Notes under the pieces: generated by a model
Databases searched by the model: none
What the model was told of the DNA's origin: nothing
The model's input: only the letters and a program-made list of their open reading frames with translations
Position numbers and translations under genes: made by a program
Shown here: one piece after another, positions 1 through 8,068 of the stretch
Layout: every line of letters begins with the position of its first letter
Numbering within the stretch: the stretch's first letter is position 1
Assembly: GCA_026004495.1 (NCBI GenBank)
Contig: BPJG01000001.1
Span: forward strand, 277,133 to 341,132
From: Candidatus Parcubacteria bacterium
Lineage (GTDB): Bacteria; Patescibacteriota; Minisyncoccia; UBA6257; HR35
DNA length: 64,000 nucleotides
Direction: 5' to 3'

Positions 1-635
1 ATTTCCTGATTTACTTTTATCTTCTGAATTTTTTTAAGTCGTCTATAACTATTAATTAAATTAATTTTTTCTTGAGTAGATAATTTTTCATCCGACACTA
101 TAAACATGTATTCGTAAACATTAATGGATTCAAAAATTTTGTACAAAAGATAAAATAATTCATCTAAAATTGGTTCTAATAGTTTTTCGGTTGCCTCTAT
201 ATACATTTTGTATTGTTTTCTTGGCTTTTCCTCGTTTATAAAATCTACTGCAAATTTAGTTAAAGCGACACTATCTATAGTTTCTCTTTTGTCAGGCGAT
301 ACTAATTCCCCTTTTGGATTATATCGATTCAGAAAACCCATTGTATCCAAATCTGGAAATATGTTCTTTTTTAATGAATTAACTGTTCCTTGTTCAATTA
401 CATTTTCTAAAACATCAACAATTTTATAATAAGTTTCACAACCTTTTTGCTTTTTACCTTTCCAGTCGCCAATATGAATTTTGAAAATAGAGGTTCCGGC
501 AATATTATTAATTGTCTTTAAAATTTCTAATACCTTATCGAAAGGCAATCTATTATGTTGCGATAAGTGTATACCTCTATAGTCTTCACGTTTTATTCTT
601 TCAAAGATATATTTTAAAAATTTATTTTGGTCCAT
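1..635 (-). CDS. MboII-like type IIS restriction endonuclease, partial (runs off the left edge; not in the ORF track)
   Basis: Hand translation from ATG at 635 gives MDQNKFLKYIFERIKREDYRGIHLSQHNRLP...SLKKNIFPDLDTMGFLNRY..., open to base 1. The DYRGIHLSQHNR motif matches my recollection of the R.MboII N-terminus. Lies directly downstream of two MboII-type methylases. Confidence 0.8.
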   Translation of the reverse strand, partial: MDQNKFLKYIFERIKREDYRGIHLSQHNRLPFDKVLEILKTINNIAGTSIFKIHIGDWKGKKQKGCETYYKIVDVLENVIEQGTVNSLKKNIFPDLDTMGFLNRYNPKGELVSPDKRETIDSVALTKFAVDFINEEKPRKQYKMYIEATEKLLEPILDELFYLLYKIFESINVYEYMFIVSDEKLSTQEKINLINSYRRLKKIQKIKVNQE

Positions 636-642
636 ATAAAAT

Positions 643-1431
643 TTATTTAGATAATTTATTCATCTCCAATAGACGCTTTTGGGCAATCTCTACATATTTT
701 CTGTTATTATCGCATCCAATAAAATTTCTATTAAGTTTTTTTGCCGCGATTGCAGTTGTTCCTATGCCGATAAAGCAATCTAATACAAGATCGCCGGGAT
801 TGCTACTTGCTTTTATAATTCTTTCAATCATATCTAGTGGCTTTGGCGTTAAGTGGGGCAATTTAGGTGTCTTTCCATTAATTTTATTTTTATGTCTTTC
901 GCTCGAAAAATGCCATACATCGGTACATAATTTACCCTTAGGATTCGGAAACCACCTTTTCCCCTTCTTAAGAATTCCTTTAATTTTAGCATGCTCTATT
1001 CTTTCTGCCGACTCATAAGGAACTCTAATTTCATCTGTATTGAATGTGTAATTATTGCTTTTCGTGAAAAATAATATTGTCTCTTGTCCATTTGTATATT
1101 TTCTTTTCGCAGCAGATAACCCATCTCTTTTATCCCAAGTTATCCAGTTCTGGAAAATTAAACTTTTTTTTATCAAGTGTTGTAATATAAAAGCCGAGTT
1201 AAAAGGAGTATTAAAAATATACAAACTTCCAGTTTTTTTAAGTTTTGGTACTAAAGAATCTATCCATTTGTAAGTAAAGTTAAGAAAATCATCATGGGAT
1301 TTAAAGGTATCCCATTTTGCTTTTTTTAAATTGTAAGGCGGATCAATTACAGCGAGATCTATTACCTCATTGTCAATCTTGCTTAAAAAATCAAAACAAT
1401 CCATTAAATAAATTTTATTTATCTTAAGCAT
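643..1431 (-). CDS. DNA adenine methyltransferase, beta class, M1.MboII-like
   Basis: Catalytic DPPY motif at the N-terminus and SAM-binding LDCFIGIGTT at the C-terminus. QNWITWDKRDG and GILKKGKRWFPNP closely resemble M1.MboII. Confidence 0.9.
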   Translation of the reverse strand: MLKINKIYLMDCFDFLSKIDNEVIDLAVIDPPYNLKKAKWDTFKSHDDFLNFTYKWIDSLVPKLKKTGSLYIFNTPFNSAFILQHLIKKSLIFQNWITWDKRDGLSAAKRKYTNGQETILFFTKSNNYTFNTDEIRVPYESAERIEHAKIKGILKKGKRWFPNPKGKLCTDVWHFSSERHKNKINGKTPKLPHLTPKPLDMIERIIKASSNPGDLVLDCFIGIGTTAIAAKKLNRNFIGCDNNRKYVEIAQKRLLEMNKLSK

Positions 1432-1436
1432 ATTTA

Positions 1437-2300
1437 CTAAAATAATTGTTTTTGTTTAATCTCAGCTAATCTTAATTTTTCTTCAATAATATCTTTATAA
1501 GTTTCCATTATTTCGTAACCGACATAGTTTCGGCCTAATTCTTTAGCCACCTTTAAAGTAGTCCCAGAGCCCGCAAATGGGTCTAAAACTATATCCCCAA
1601 TAAAAGTAAATAATTTTACACATCTCCTTACAATCTCTTCTGGCATAATAGCGGAATGTTTTCCGAATGCTATATCATCTTTACCGGGAATAGGTATATT
1701 CCAAATCTGCTTGGTGTATTCTGTCCATTCTTTTTCGGTAAGTTTACTTTTTTCTCGTATTTCTTCTGGCACATTGTTATCTGGTTTTCCATCTTTCACA
1801 TATACGGTAATAAATTCACTTGTATTTTGGGCATAAAAATTTCTGGGATATGGATAACTGCCAAACATTAAATCCTTTGATGGATTAGTTCTATTCCAAA
1901 TATAGATGTCATATAAAAATAATTTTGTATTGTTCAAAATGGAATGTTCTATATCAGCGTTAATATCAAAAATATGTCTATTGTAATGAGTATTAAAATC
2001 TTTTTTAAGCATTGGCATTAAAGGAACATTAATCACTAACTTTCCATTTGGTTTTAAAACCCTTTCGCATTCTTTCCAAACTTTTAACATTTCTTTAATG
2101 TATTGTTTATAATCCTCAATATCTCCAATTTGTCCTTCTTTTTTCTCAGTGATTTTATTTACTTGATAACCATCTTTTGAGTAATCTTTTATATTAAAAT
2201 ATGGCGGTGAGGTCACTATTAAATGAATAGAATTATCCGGAATTTCAGACATATTCCTTGCATCTTTATAAAATACTTTATTTATAAAATCTTTGGTCAT
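1437..2300 (-). CDS. DNA N4-cytosine methyltransferase, beta class, M2.MboII-like
   Basis: TSPPY and LDPFAGSGTT motifs. Paired with a second methylase, as expected for an asymmetric type IIS site. Confidence 0.85.
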   Translation of the reverse strand: MTKDFINKVFYKDARNMSEIPDNSIHLIVTSPPYFNIKDYSKDGYQVNKITEKKEGQIGDIEDYKQYIKEMLKVWKECERVLKPNGKLVINVPLMPMLKKDFNTHYNRHIFDINADIEHSILNNTKLFLYDIYIWNRTNPSKDLMFGSYPYPRNFYAQNTSEFITVYVKDGKPDNNVPEEIREKSKLTEKEWTEYTKQIWNIPIPGKDDIAFGKHSAIMPEEIVRRCVKLFTFIGDIVLDPFAGSGTTLKVAKELGRNYVGYEIMETYKDIIEEKLRLAEIKQKQLF

Positions 2301-2515
2301 ACTTTTATTAACTGGTCTAAAGAAATATCCAAAGCCTTTGCAATTTTAGCAACGACAAAAACTGAAGGTTTTTTAATAACGCCAACCTCTATCTTTGTTA
2401 ATGTTGTATAGGGGACATCAGCTTTTCGAGCTAATTCGTCCTGCGAAAGATTCTTTTTTAATCTTAATTCTTTTATTTTTTTGCCTAATAAATTATTGAC
2501 TTGTTTATTTACCAT
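2297..2515 (-). CDS. XRE-family HTH regulator (possible RM controller protein)
   Basis: 72 aa with LGKKIKELR..LSQDELA..YTTLTKIE..PS..IAKAL. Overlaps the methylase start (ATGA). Confidence 0.85.
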   Translation of the reverse strand: MVNKQVNNLLGKKIKELRLKKNLSQDELARKADVPYTTLTKIEVGVIKKPSVFVVAKIAKALDISLDQLIKV

Positions 2516-2535
2516 ATTGTGATATCATTAAATTG

Positions 2536-2564
2536 TTGACACTGCTTACTTTCAAGATTATAAT
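2536..2564 (+). promoter_or_regulatory. Consensus sigma70 promoter facing the hairpin cluster and recombinase, overlapped by a divergent promoter for the XRE gene
   Basis: TTGACA (2536-2541), 17 bp, TATAAT (2559-2564). On the minus strand TTGAAA-17-TTTAAT precedes the XRE ATG. Confidence 0.7.
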
Positions 2565-2596
2565 AACATAAAATTAAAAATCAAACAACAATTTTT

Positions 2597-2952
2597 CGCC
2601 CGCGAAGCGGGCGTGAAGGGTGGGCAGGCTCCGAAAATTAAGCCCGCAAAAATTTAATTCATTTTTAAAGGAAAAAATTTGTCGCCCGCCCTTAAATAAA
2701 ATTAAAAAATTTTGCGGGCTTGTCCGCTAAAGGCGGACTTTCGGAGCCATGGGTGGGAATCCGCGAAGCGGATTTCTGCCCCGCCCCGCAAAGCGGGGCG
2801 GGGCAGTTCAGTCAGCGTCAGGATTTTGTTGATAGAAAGTTCTAACTTTTTCAAGTAAGTTCCACCATAGACGATTTGTTTCGCCCTCGCCCCTCGCTTC
2901 GCTCGGGGCTCGGGCTTCGGCGGGCAGAAAATATTTTCGCCGAAGGCGAAAA
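2597..2952 (+). other. Cluster of GC-rich hairpins with GAA/AAA triloops plus a longer nested stem
   Basis: CGCCCGC-GAA-GCGGGCG (2597-2613), GTCCGCT-AAA-GGCGGAC (2722-2738), AATCCGC-GAA-GCGGATT (2758-2774), CTGCCCCGCCCCGC-AAA-GCGGGGCGGGGCAG (2776-2806), TTTTCGCC-GAA-GGCGAAAA (2934-2952). Long-range pairs 2627-2636/2739-2748 and 2640-2651/2710-2721. Confidence 0.85.
2862..2933 (-). repeat. 72-bp inverted repeat, left copy
   Basis: Exact reverse complement of 4429-4500. The flanking bases mismatch on both sides. Confidence 0.95.
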
Positions 2953-2991
2953 TTCAAAGCGAAATTTTTTAAAAATTGTCGGTGTAAAAAT

Positions 2992-4551
2992 ATGATTAAA
3001 TATTTCATCTATTGTCGAAAATCAACCGAGGAAGAAGAAAGACAAATTCTGTCTATTGAGGCACAACTTCAAGAGCTTCGGGATTTTGCAAAACAAAATA
3101 ATCTTTTTGTTGTCCGCGAATTTACCGAAAAACAATCGGCCAAAGAACCGGGCCGTCCGATTTTTAATGAAATGCTTTCACGAATTGAAAAAGGAGAAAC
3201 TAATGGAATTTTAGCGTGGAATCCCGACCGCCTCGCCAGAAATTCCATTGATGGCGGACGAATTATTTATCTCGTTGATACCGGAAAAATTACCTCGCTA
3301 AAATTCCCGACTTTCTGGTTTGAGCCAACGCCACAAGGAAAATTTATGCTTTCGGTGGCTTTTGGCCAAGCCAAATATTACACCGACAATTTGAGAGAAA
3401 ACATTTTGCGAGGAATAAGACAAAAACTTCGTAGAGGAGAATTGCCGGCAAAAGCGCCACTTGGCTATTTCAATGAGCCAAGATTAAGAACAATTGAACC
3501 AGACCCAAAAACTTTTAAGAAAGTAAAACAATGTTTGGAATCTTTTGCCACTGGCGAATATACTTTAACAAAAATTCAGAGCAAAATGTTTTCTCTTGGC
3601 TTGGTTGGCAAAGACGGAAAACCTTTGCATCTTTCAACAATTCAAGGAATTTTAACCAACCCCTTTTATTATGGAATGTTTTTGTATCGTGGCGAACTAT
3701 ATCAAGGAAGCCATAAGCCAATGATTACAAAGAAACTTTTTGACAAAATACAGGAAGCACTAAAACAAAATAGTAAGCCCCGCAAAAAGCGAAAAGAAAA
3801 ACAATTTTTGTTTTTAGGTTTTGCCCGCTGTGGTGAATGTGGTTATATGATTACTGCTGAAAAACACATTAAGAAAAGCGGTTTAGAATTTGTTTATTAT
3901 CGCTGTACTAAAAAGAGCAAAACAATAAAGTGTTCACAAAATCGCTTTTTGCGGGAAGAAAAATTAGCCGAGCAAATAAAAGATTATGTTCAAAAAGTTT
4001 CTTTACCCGATGAGTGGCGAGAGAAATATCTTGCTAAAGTTAACGAGTGGGAAAAAGAAAATCTTCACTCATCAGAACTTTTCGCTCAAAATCTTAAAAC
4101 TGAATTAGAGAAAGTAAAGTCAAAAATAAATCGCCTGATGGACGCGTATCTTGAAGGCGATTTGGAATTGCCAGAATTTCAGTTAAAGAAAAACGAATTG
4201 ATGACAAAAAAGAAAGATATTGAGGAAAAATTATCTGATTTTGAGCGAAAAGGCAATCATTGGCTCGAACTCACCAGAAATTGGATAATTGAAGCCAACC
4301 AAGCCAAAAATTTCGTTTTGGAAGGTAATTTTTCAGAGATGAGAAATTTTCTACAAAAAATCGGTTCGAACCGAACAATTCGCGACAAAAAACTTACAAT
4401 AGAATTTAAAAAACCTTGGGATTACCTTTATTTTCTGCCCGCCGAAGCCCGAGCCCCGAGCGAAGCGAGGGGCGAGGGCGAAACAAATCGTCTATGGTGG
4501 CCCCAAGGGGAATCGAACCCCTATTTCCACCTTGAAAGAGTGGTGTCCTAG
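2992..4551 (+). CDS. Large serine recombinase (resolvase, recombinase, zinc ribbon and coiled-coil domains)
   Basis: YCRKS catalytic motif, GRPIFNEML, DRLAR, APLGY, ILTNPFYYG, CGECG...YYRC...KC. The last 16 codons are read antisense through tRNA-Glu. Confidence 0.95.
   Translation: MIKYFIYCRKSTEEEERQILSIEAQLQELRDFAKQNNLFVVREFTEKQSAKEPGRPIFNEMLSRIEKGETNGILAWNPDRLARNSIDGGRIIYLVDTGKITSLKFPTFWFEPTPQGKFMLSVAFGQAKYYTDNLRENILRGIRQKLRRGELPAKAPLGYFNEPRLRTIEPDPKTFKKVKQCLESFATGEYTLTKIQSKMFSLGLVGKDGKPLHLSTIQGILTNPFYYGMFLYRGELYQGSHKPMITKKLFDKIQEALKQNSKPRKKRKEKQFLFLGFARCGECGYMITAEKHIKKSGLEFVYYRCTKKSKTIKCSQNRFLREEKLAEQIKDYVQKVSLPDEWREKYLAKVNEWEKENLHSSELFAQNLKTELEKVKSKINRLMDAYLEGDLELPEFQLKKNELMTKKKDIEEKLSDFERKGNHWLELTRNWIIEANQAKNFVLEGNFSEMRNFLQKIGSNRTIRDKKLTIEFKKPWDYLYFLPAEARAPSEARGEGETNRLWWPQGESNPYFHLERVVS
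4429..4500 (+). repeat. 72-bp inverted repeat, right copy (inside the recombinase 3' end; overlaps the tRNA-Glu 3' CCACCA)
   Basis: TATTTTCTGCCCGCCGAAGCCCGAGCCCCGAGCGAAGCGAGGGGCGAGGGCGAAACAAATCGTCTATGGTGG. Confidence 0.95.
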
Positions 4552-4569
4552 CCGTTAGACGATGGGGCC
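4495..4569 (-). tRNA. tRNA-Glu(TTC), CCA encoded
   Basis: GGCCCCA...CT-TTC-AA...GGTTCGATTCC...TGGGGCCACCA cloverleaf. Confidence 0.95.
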
Positions 4570-4598
4570 TTTTTTATAACTAAAATAAATTTTTAGTG

Positions 4599-4670
4599 AG
4601 GCACGGGTGGGATTTGAACCCACGTATAACGGTTTTGCAGACCGTTTCCTAACCTCTCGGACACCGTGCC
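4599..4670 (-). tRNA. tRNA-Cys(GCA)
   Basis: GGCACGG...CT-GCA-AA...GGTTCAAATCC...CCGTGCC-T. U73 discriminator, no CCA. Confidence 0.93.
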
Positions 4671-4708
4671 GTAATTTATATAATTATATTTTAAAAATTT
4701 ATTTATTT

Positions 4709-5035
4709 TTAATTTATTACTCTAAAAATTTTATCAATTTCTTCCATAGATTTCAAACTTTGATCATATCTAAAAAAAATTTTTTTAGGAATATATCTTA
4801 AAATTCTCATTTTTTTTATTATTTTTTTTATTTTAGGAATTTCTTTTTTAAGAATTTCAATTACTTCAAAAATTTTTACGTCAGGAAATACACTTAGATA
4901 AATAATCATATTCCCCTTTTTTGACGGCAAGTTAACATCTAAAATAGTTATAATAATTTTATGATCATCAATAATTTCCCTTAGAACCAAAGACAATTTT
5001 TTAATAAATTCAGATTTTTTTCTCTCTTGTAGCAT
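4709..5035 (-). CDS. rbfA: Ribosome-binding factor A
   Basis: Downstream of infB. C-terminal RYIPKKIFFRYDQSL...IDKIF pattern. Confidence 0.85.
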   Translation of the reverse strand: MLQERKKSEFIKKLSLVLREIIDDHKIIITILDVNLPSKKGNMIIYLSVFPDVKIFEVIEILKKEIPKIKKIIKKMRILRYIPKKIFFRYDQSLKSMEEIDKIFRVIN

Positions 5036-5047
5036 TATTTAATTTTT

Positions 5048-6493
5048 CTAAATAATTAGTTTATCTCCTAAATTAATAGATGTTGTCGTTTGAATAATTA
5101 AACCACAAAGTTCATCCTTTTTAACTTCATTAGTTTTTATTTTGTTTTTTTCAAGACTTATAATTTTACCCTTACCAATTACTATACCATCTCTAATAAT
5201 TAAAACACGATCATTTAATCTAAGCTCTCCATAAATAACTTTACCGCCAATTGTTTTTTTATTGAGTAATTGATTGAAAACCCCTAAAACCTCTAATTCT
5301 CCTCTAGATTTTTGTTCTTTTTGTTTAATATCAATTAAATCTTTAATTTTATCTTTAATCTCATAAATAACATTTGCTTGGATTAAAATTAAATTTAAAT
5401 TTTTAATTTCTTCATAAATATTTTGGGCAAGCTTTATATTAAAGGCAATTAAAATACTTTCTGTTTGTTTAGCCAATTTCAAATCTTCGCTGGTAATATT
5501 TCCAACATCTCCTTTAATTATTTTAATTTCTATTTTATTTTCTTTGGCTAAATTGTCTAAAATATTTAAAATCGCATCCAAAGAACCATAAAGGTCTGTT
5601 TTAATTATTAAATTTATTCTGGTATCTGTTTCTGAATCTGACGAAAAGTATATTTGTTTTTTAAAACTAATTTCTTTTTCAATTAATTCTTTTTTTATCT
5701 TATCTATTTCGCTCCTATTGATAATTTTAAATATTTCTCCGGGCTGAGGTAAATTTTCAAAACCATTAATAAAAACAGGCATCGAAGGTTTAGCTACGTT
5801 TATTCTTCTAAAGAAAACATCTTCTAAAAATTTAATTTTCCCAGATATAGTAGCTGTCGTAATATAATCCCCCGATTTAACAATTCCATCAGTTATTATT
5901 CCTAAGGATAAAATTCCTTTCTTAGAATCTTTGGTAACCTCTAAAATGTAACCTTCTCCCATTTTATTGTCATCATAATTTAAATTCAAGATATCTCCTA
6001 ATAATAAAATCAAATCCAAAAGTTCATCTATTCCCAAATTTTTAATAGCTGAAATATTAACACAAGGCACTTGTCCTCCCCATTCTTCAACGATAATCCC
6101 TAGTTCAGAAAGTTGTTTTTTTATTTTATCTGGGTTGGCATTTGGTTTATCTATTTTATTTATAGCTACTATAAAGGGTAAATTAAATTTTTTAATATAA
6201 TCTATACATTCTATAGTCTGTGGTTTAATTCCTTCATCAGCAGCGATTATTAAAATAGCTATATCAGCTATTTTTGCTCCTTTTTCCCTTAAACTAAAAA
6301 AATCAGAATGCCCTGGAGTATCAATAAATGTTATTCTTCCATTTTTATACATTATTTCATAAGCAGATACCCTTTGAGTTATTCCGCCTGATTCTTGTTG
6401 GGTTATCTTAGTATTCTGAATTGTATCTAATAATGTAGTTTTCCCATGGTCAATATGACCCAGAATAACTACAATAGGTGGTCTTTTTGTCAT
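5048..6493 (-). CDS. infB: Translation initiation factor IF-2 (compact, no N-terminal domains)
   Basis: RPPIVVILGHIDHGKTTLLD, ESGGITQ, DTPGH, NKID. Confidence 0.97.
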   Translation of the reverse strand: MTKRPPIVVILGHIDHGKTTLLDTIQNTKITQQESGGITQRVSAYEIMYKNGRITFIDTPGHSDFFSLREKGAKIADIAILIIAADEGIKPQTIECIDYIKKFNLPFIVAINKIDKPNANPDKIKKQLSELGIIVEEWGGQVPCVNISAIKNLGIDELLDLILLLGDILNLNYDDNKMGEGYILEVTKDSKKGILSLGIITDGIVKSGDYITTATISGKIKFLEDVFFRRINVAKPSMPVFINGFENLPQPGEIFKIINRSEIDKIKKELIEKEISFKKQIYFSSDSETDTRINLIIKTDLYGSLDAILNILDNLAKENKIEIKIIKGDVGNITSEDLKLAKQTESILIAFNIKLAQNIYEEIKNLNLILIQANVIYEIKDKIKDLIDIKQKEQKSRGELEVLGVFNQLLNKKTIGGKVIYGELRLNDRVLIIRDGIVIGKGKIISLEKNKIKTNEVKKDELCGLIIQTTTSINLGDKLII

Positions 6494-6503
6494 AGTTTAA
6501 AAA

Positions 6504-6586
6504 TGGGCAGGGAGGGATTCGAACCCTCACGCCTTGTCAGCACTGGGTTCTAAACCCAGCGCGTCTACCAATTCCGCCACCTGCCC
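6504..6586 (-). tRNA. tRNA-Leu(TAG)
   Basis: GGGCAGGTGGCGGAATTGGTAGACGC...TT-TAG-AA, long variable arm, no CCA. Confidence 0.93.
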
Positions 6587-6685
6587 TTAATTAATTTTTA
6601 AAAAATCTATTTATTAAATTTGAGCTAAAATTAAAATCAATTTTAAATTATAATTGAAATTATAATACTTGTCTATATTAAAAAC

Positions 6686-8068
6686 TTATTCTGATTTTGA
6701 TTTTTTAGATTTAGATTTTAAAAATTTATTATAAGATTCTAAGACAATTTCCTTTTCATCCCAAGGAATAATCTCGTTATCCTTAATAATAGATTTTTCA
6801 TTCCCCTTACCTATTAAAACCAAAATGTCTCCTCTTTGGGCCTGTTGAATTAAAAACTCAATAGCTTCTTTACGATCGCTGATAATATGATAAGGTTTAT
6901 AGAATTCATATTCAGATAAATAATTTTTAATTCCATGTTCTATTTCTTTTATTATTTTTAGAGGATCTTCATTGTAGGGATCTTCATCGGTAATAATTAT
7001 TTCTGAGCAATATTTTGCTGCTATTTTACCTATTTCAGGTCTTTTCCATTTATCTCTAATTCCACCAGCCGAACTAATTAAACAAAGCATTCTTTTAGGT
7101 TTAAAAATTTCTAAAATATTTTTATATAATTCCTGAATCGAATCGGGGGTATGGGCATAATCAATTGCTACCTTAAAGCTTTTAAAATTAATTATTTCAT
7201 ATCTTCCAGGTAAATTATCTATATCTTTGAGTATATCCTTAACTAATTTTAGTGAAATATCCAAACTTTTAAAAACACAAAAGGTGGCCAAAATATTATA
7301 AAGATTTTGTTTGCCTAATAATTTAGTAAAATATTGAAAAGATTTTTTACTCTCTTCGTCTTCATTTAGATTAAAATAAGTTCCTGAAGAAGATAATTTA
7401 AATTTAGTAATTTGAAGATGATCGTAATTAGTTAAATTTTTTTCAAAACCAAAAGTAATTTTCCTTTCTGCCGGGAATGAAAGATAATAATCTGCTTCAT
7501 AATCATCGAAATTAGCAATTATTGTTTTTTTTACGACCTTACCTCTGAAAATTTTTCTTTCTCCCCTTAAAAGATTTTGAAATAATTTACCCTTATCTTT
7601 CTTATAGTTTTCAAAGCTTCCATGATGTTCAATATGCTCAGGATGAATATTTAAAAAAATAGCAATATCAAAATCAATAAATTTATGTCTATTTTGCATT
7701 AAGCCCTCTGAGCTAGCTTCAACAACGGCAACCTCACATCTATTATCAACTGCCTTTTTTAAAAATTCTTGTAAATATAGTCTCCCCGGCATTGTAATCC
7801 TTGACTTGTTTTCAATTTCTTCTTCGCCAAGATAAAAAAACTGACTTGAGGATAGAGCTGTTTTTATACCCAATGAATTTAATATCTTATATATTAGATA
7901 ACATGTTGTTGTTTTTCCTTTTGTTCCCGTAACTCCAATAACAATTATTTTTTTTGAAGGATATTTAAAAATTAATGCCCCTATTAAGGCATATAAATAA
8001 TGATAAAAATTAATAAATGACTTAGGTATTTTTTTTCTAATTTTATTTTTAAAATTAATCATCTTCAA
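6686..8068 (-). CDS. murE: UDP-N-acetylmuramoyl-tripeptide synthetase
   Basis: GVTGTKGKTTT, VEASSEGL, DYAHTPD, GGIRDKWKRP, GKG motifs. True start is probably the ATG at 8062. Confidence 0.92.
   Translation of the reverse strand: MKMINFKNKIRKKIPKSFINFYHYLYALIGALIFKYPSKKIIVIGVTGTKGKTTTCYLIYKILNSLGIKTALSSSQFFYLGEEEIENKSRITMPGRLYLQEFLKKAVDNRCEVAVVEASSEGLMQNRHKFIDFDIAIFLNIHPEHIEHHGSFENYKKDKGKLFQNLLRGERKIFRGKVVKKTIIANFDDYEADYYLSFPAERKITFGFEKNLTNYDHLQITKFKLSSSGTYFNLNEDEESKKSFQYFTKLLGKQNLYNILATFCVFKSLDISLKLVKDILKDIDNLPGRYEIINFKSFKVAIDYAHTPDSIQELYKNILEIFKPKRMLCLISSAGGIRDKWKRPEIGKIAAKYCSEIIITDEDPYNEDPLKIIKEIEHGIKNYLSEYEFYKPYHIISDRKEAIEFLIQQAQRGDILVLIGKGNEKSIIKDNEIIPWDEKEIVLESYNKFLKSKSKKSKSE

Larger units (their letters stand above)
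1..4500. mobile_element. Right part of a tRNA-Glu-integrated island (RM cargo plus serine recombinase)
   Basis: Recombinase abuts the tRNA 3' end, cargo is a defence system, and GC is visibly higher than in the flanking housekeeping DNA. The left boundary is outside the window. Confidence 0.75.

Noticed and set aside
208-2411. Plus-strand ORFs over the RM genes, and similar antisense ORFs elsewhere (e.g. 22568, 37555, 55098)
   Set aside because: Antisense shadows of well-supported genes, with no motifs of their own.
2597-2952. CRISPR array or integron attC cassettes
   Set aside because: The hairpins differ in sequence and lack regular repeat-spacer periodicity. No cas genes or tyrosine integron integrase in the window.
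2808-3008. 66-aa minus-strand ORF as an independent gene
   Set aside because: It is mostly the inverted repeat read outward plus the alternative recombinase tail, and its start lies antisense within the recombinase. Treated as part of the inversion finding.
2862-4500. Classical IS element with terminal inverted repeats
   Set aside because: No DDE, HUH or IS110 transposase and no target-site duplication seen. The ORF needs sequence outside the repeat for its stop codon.
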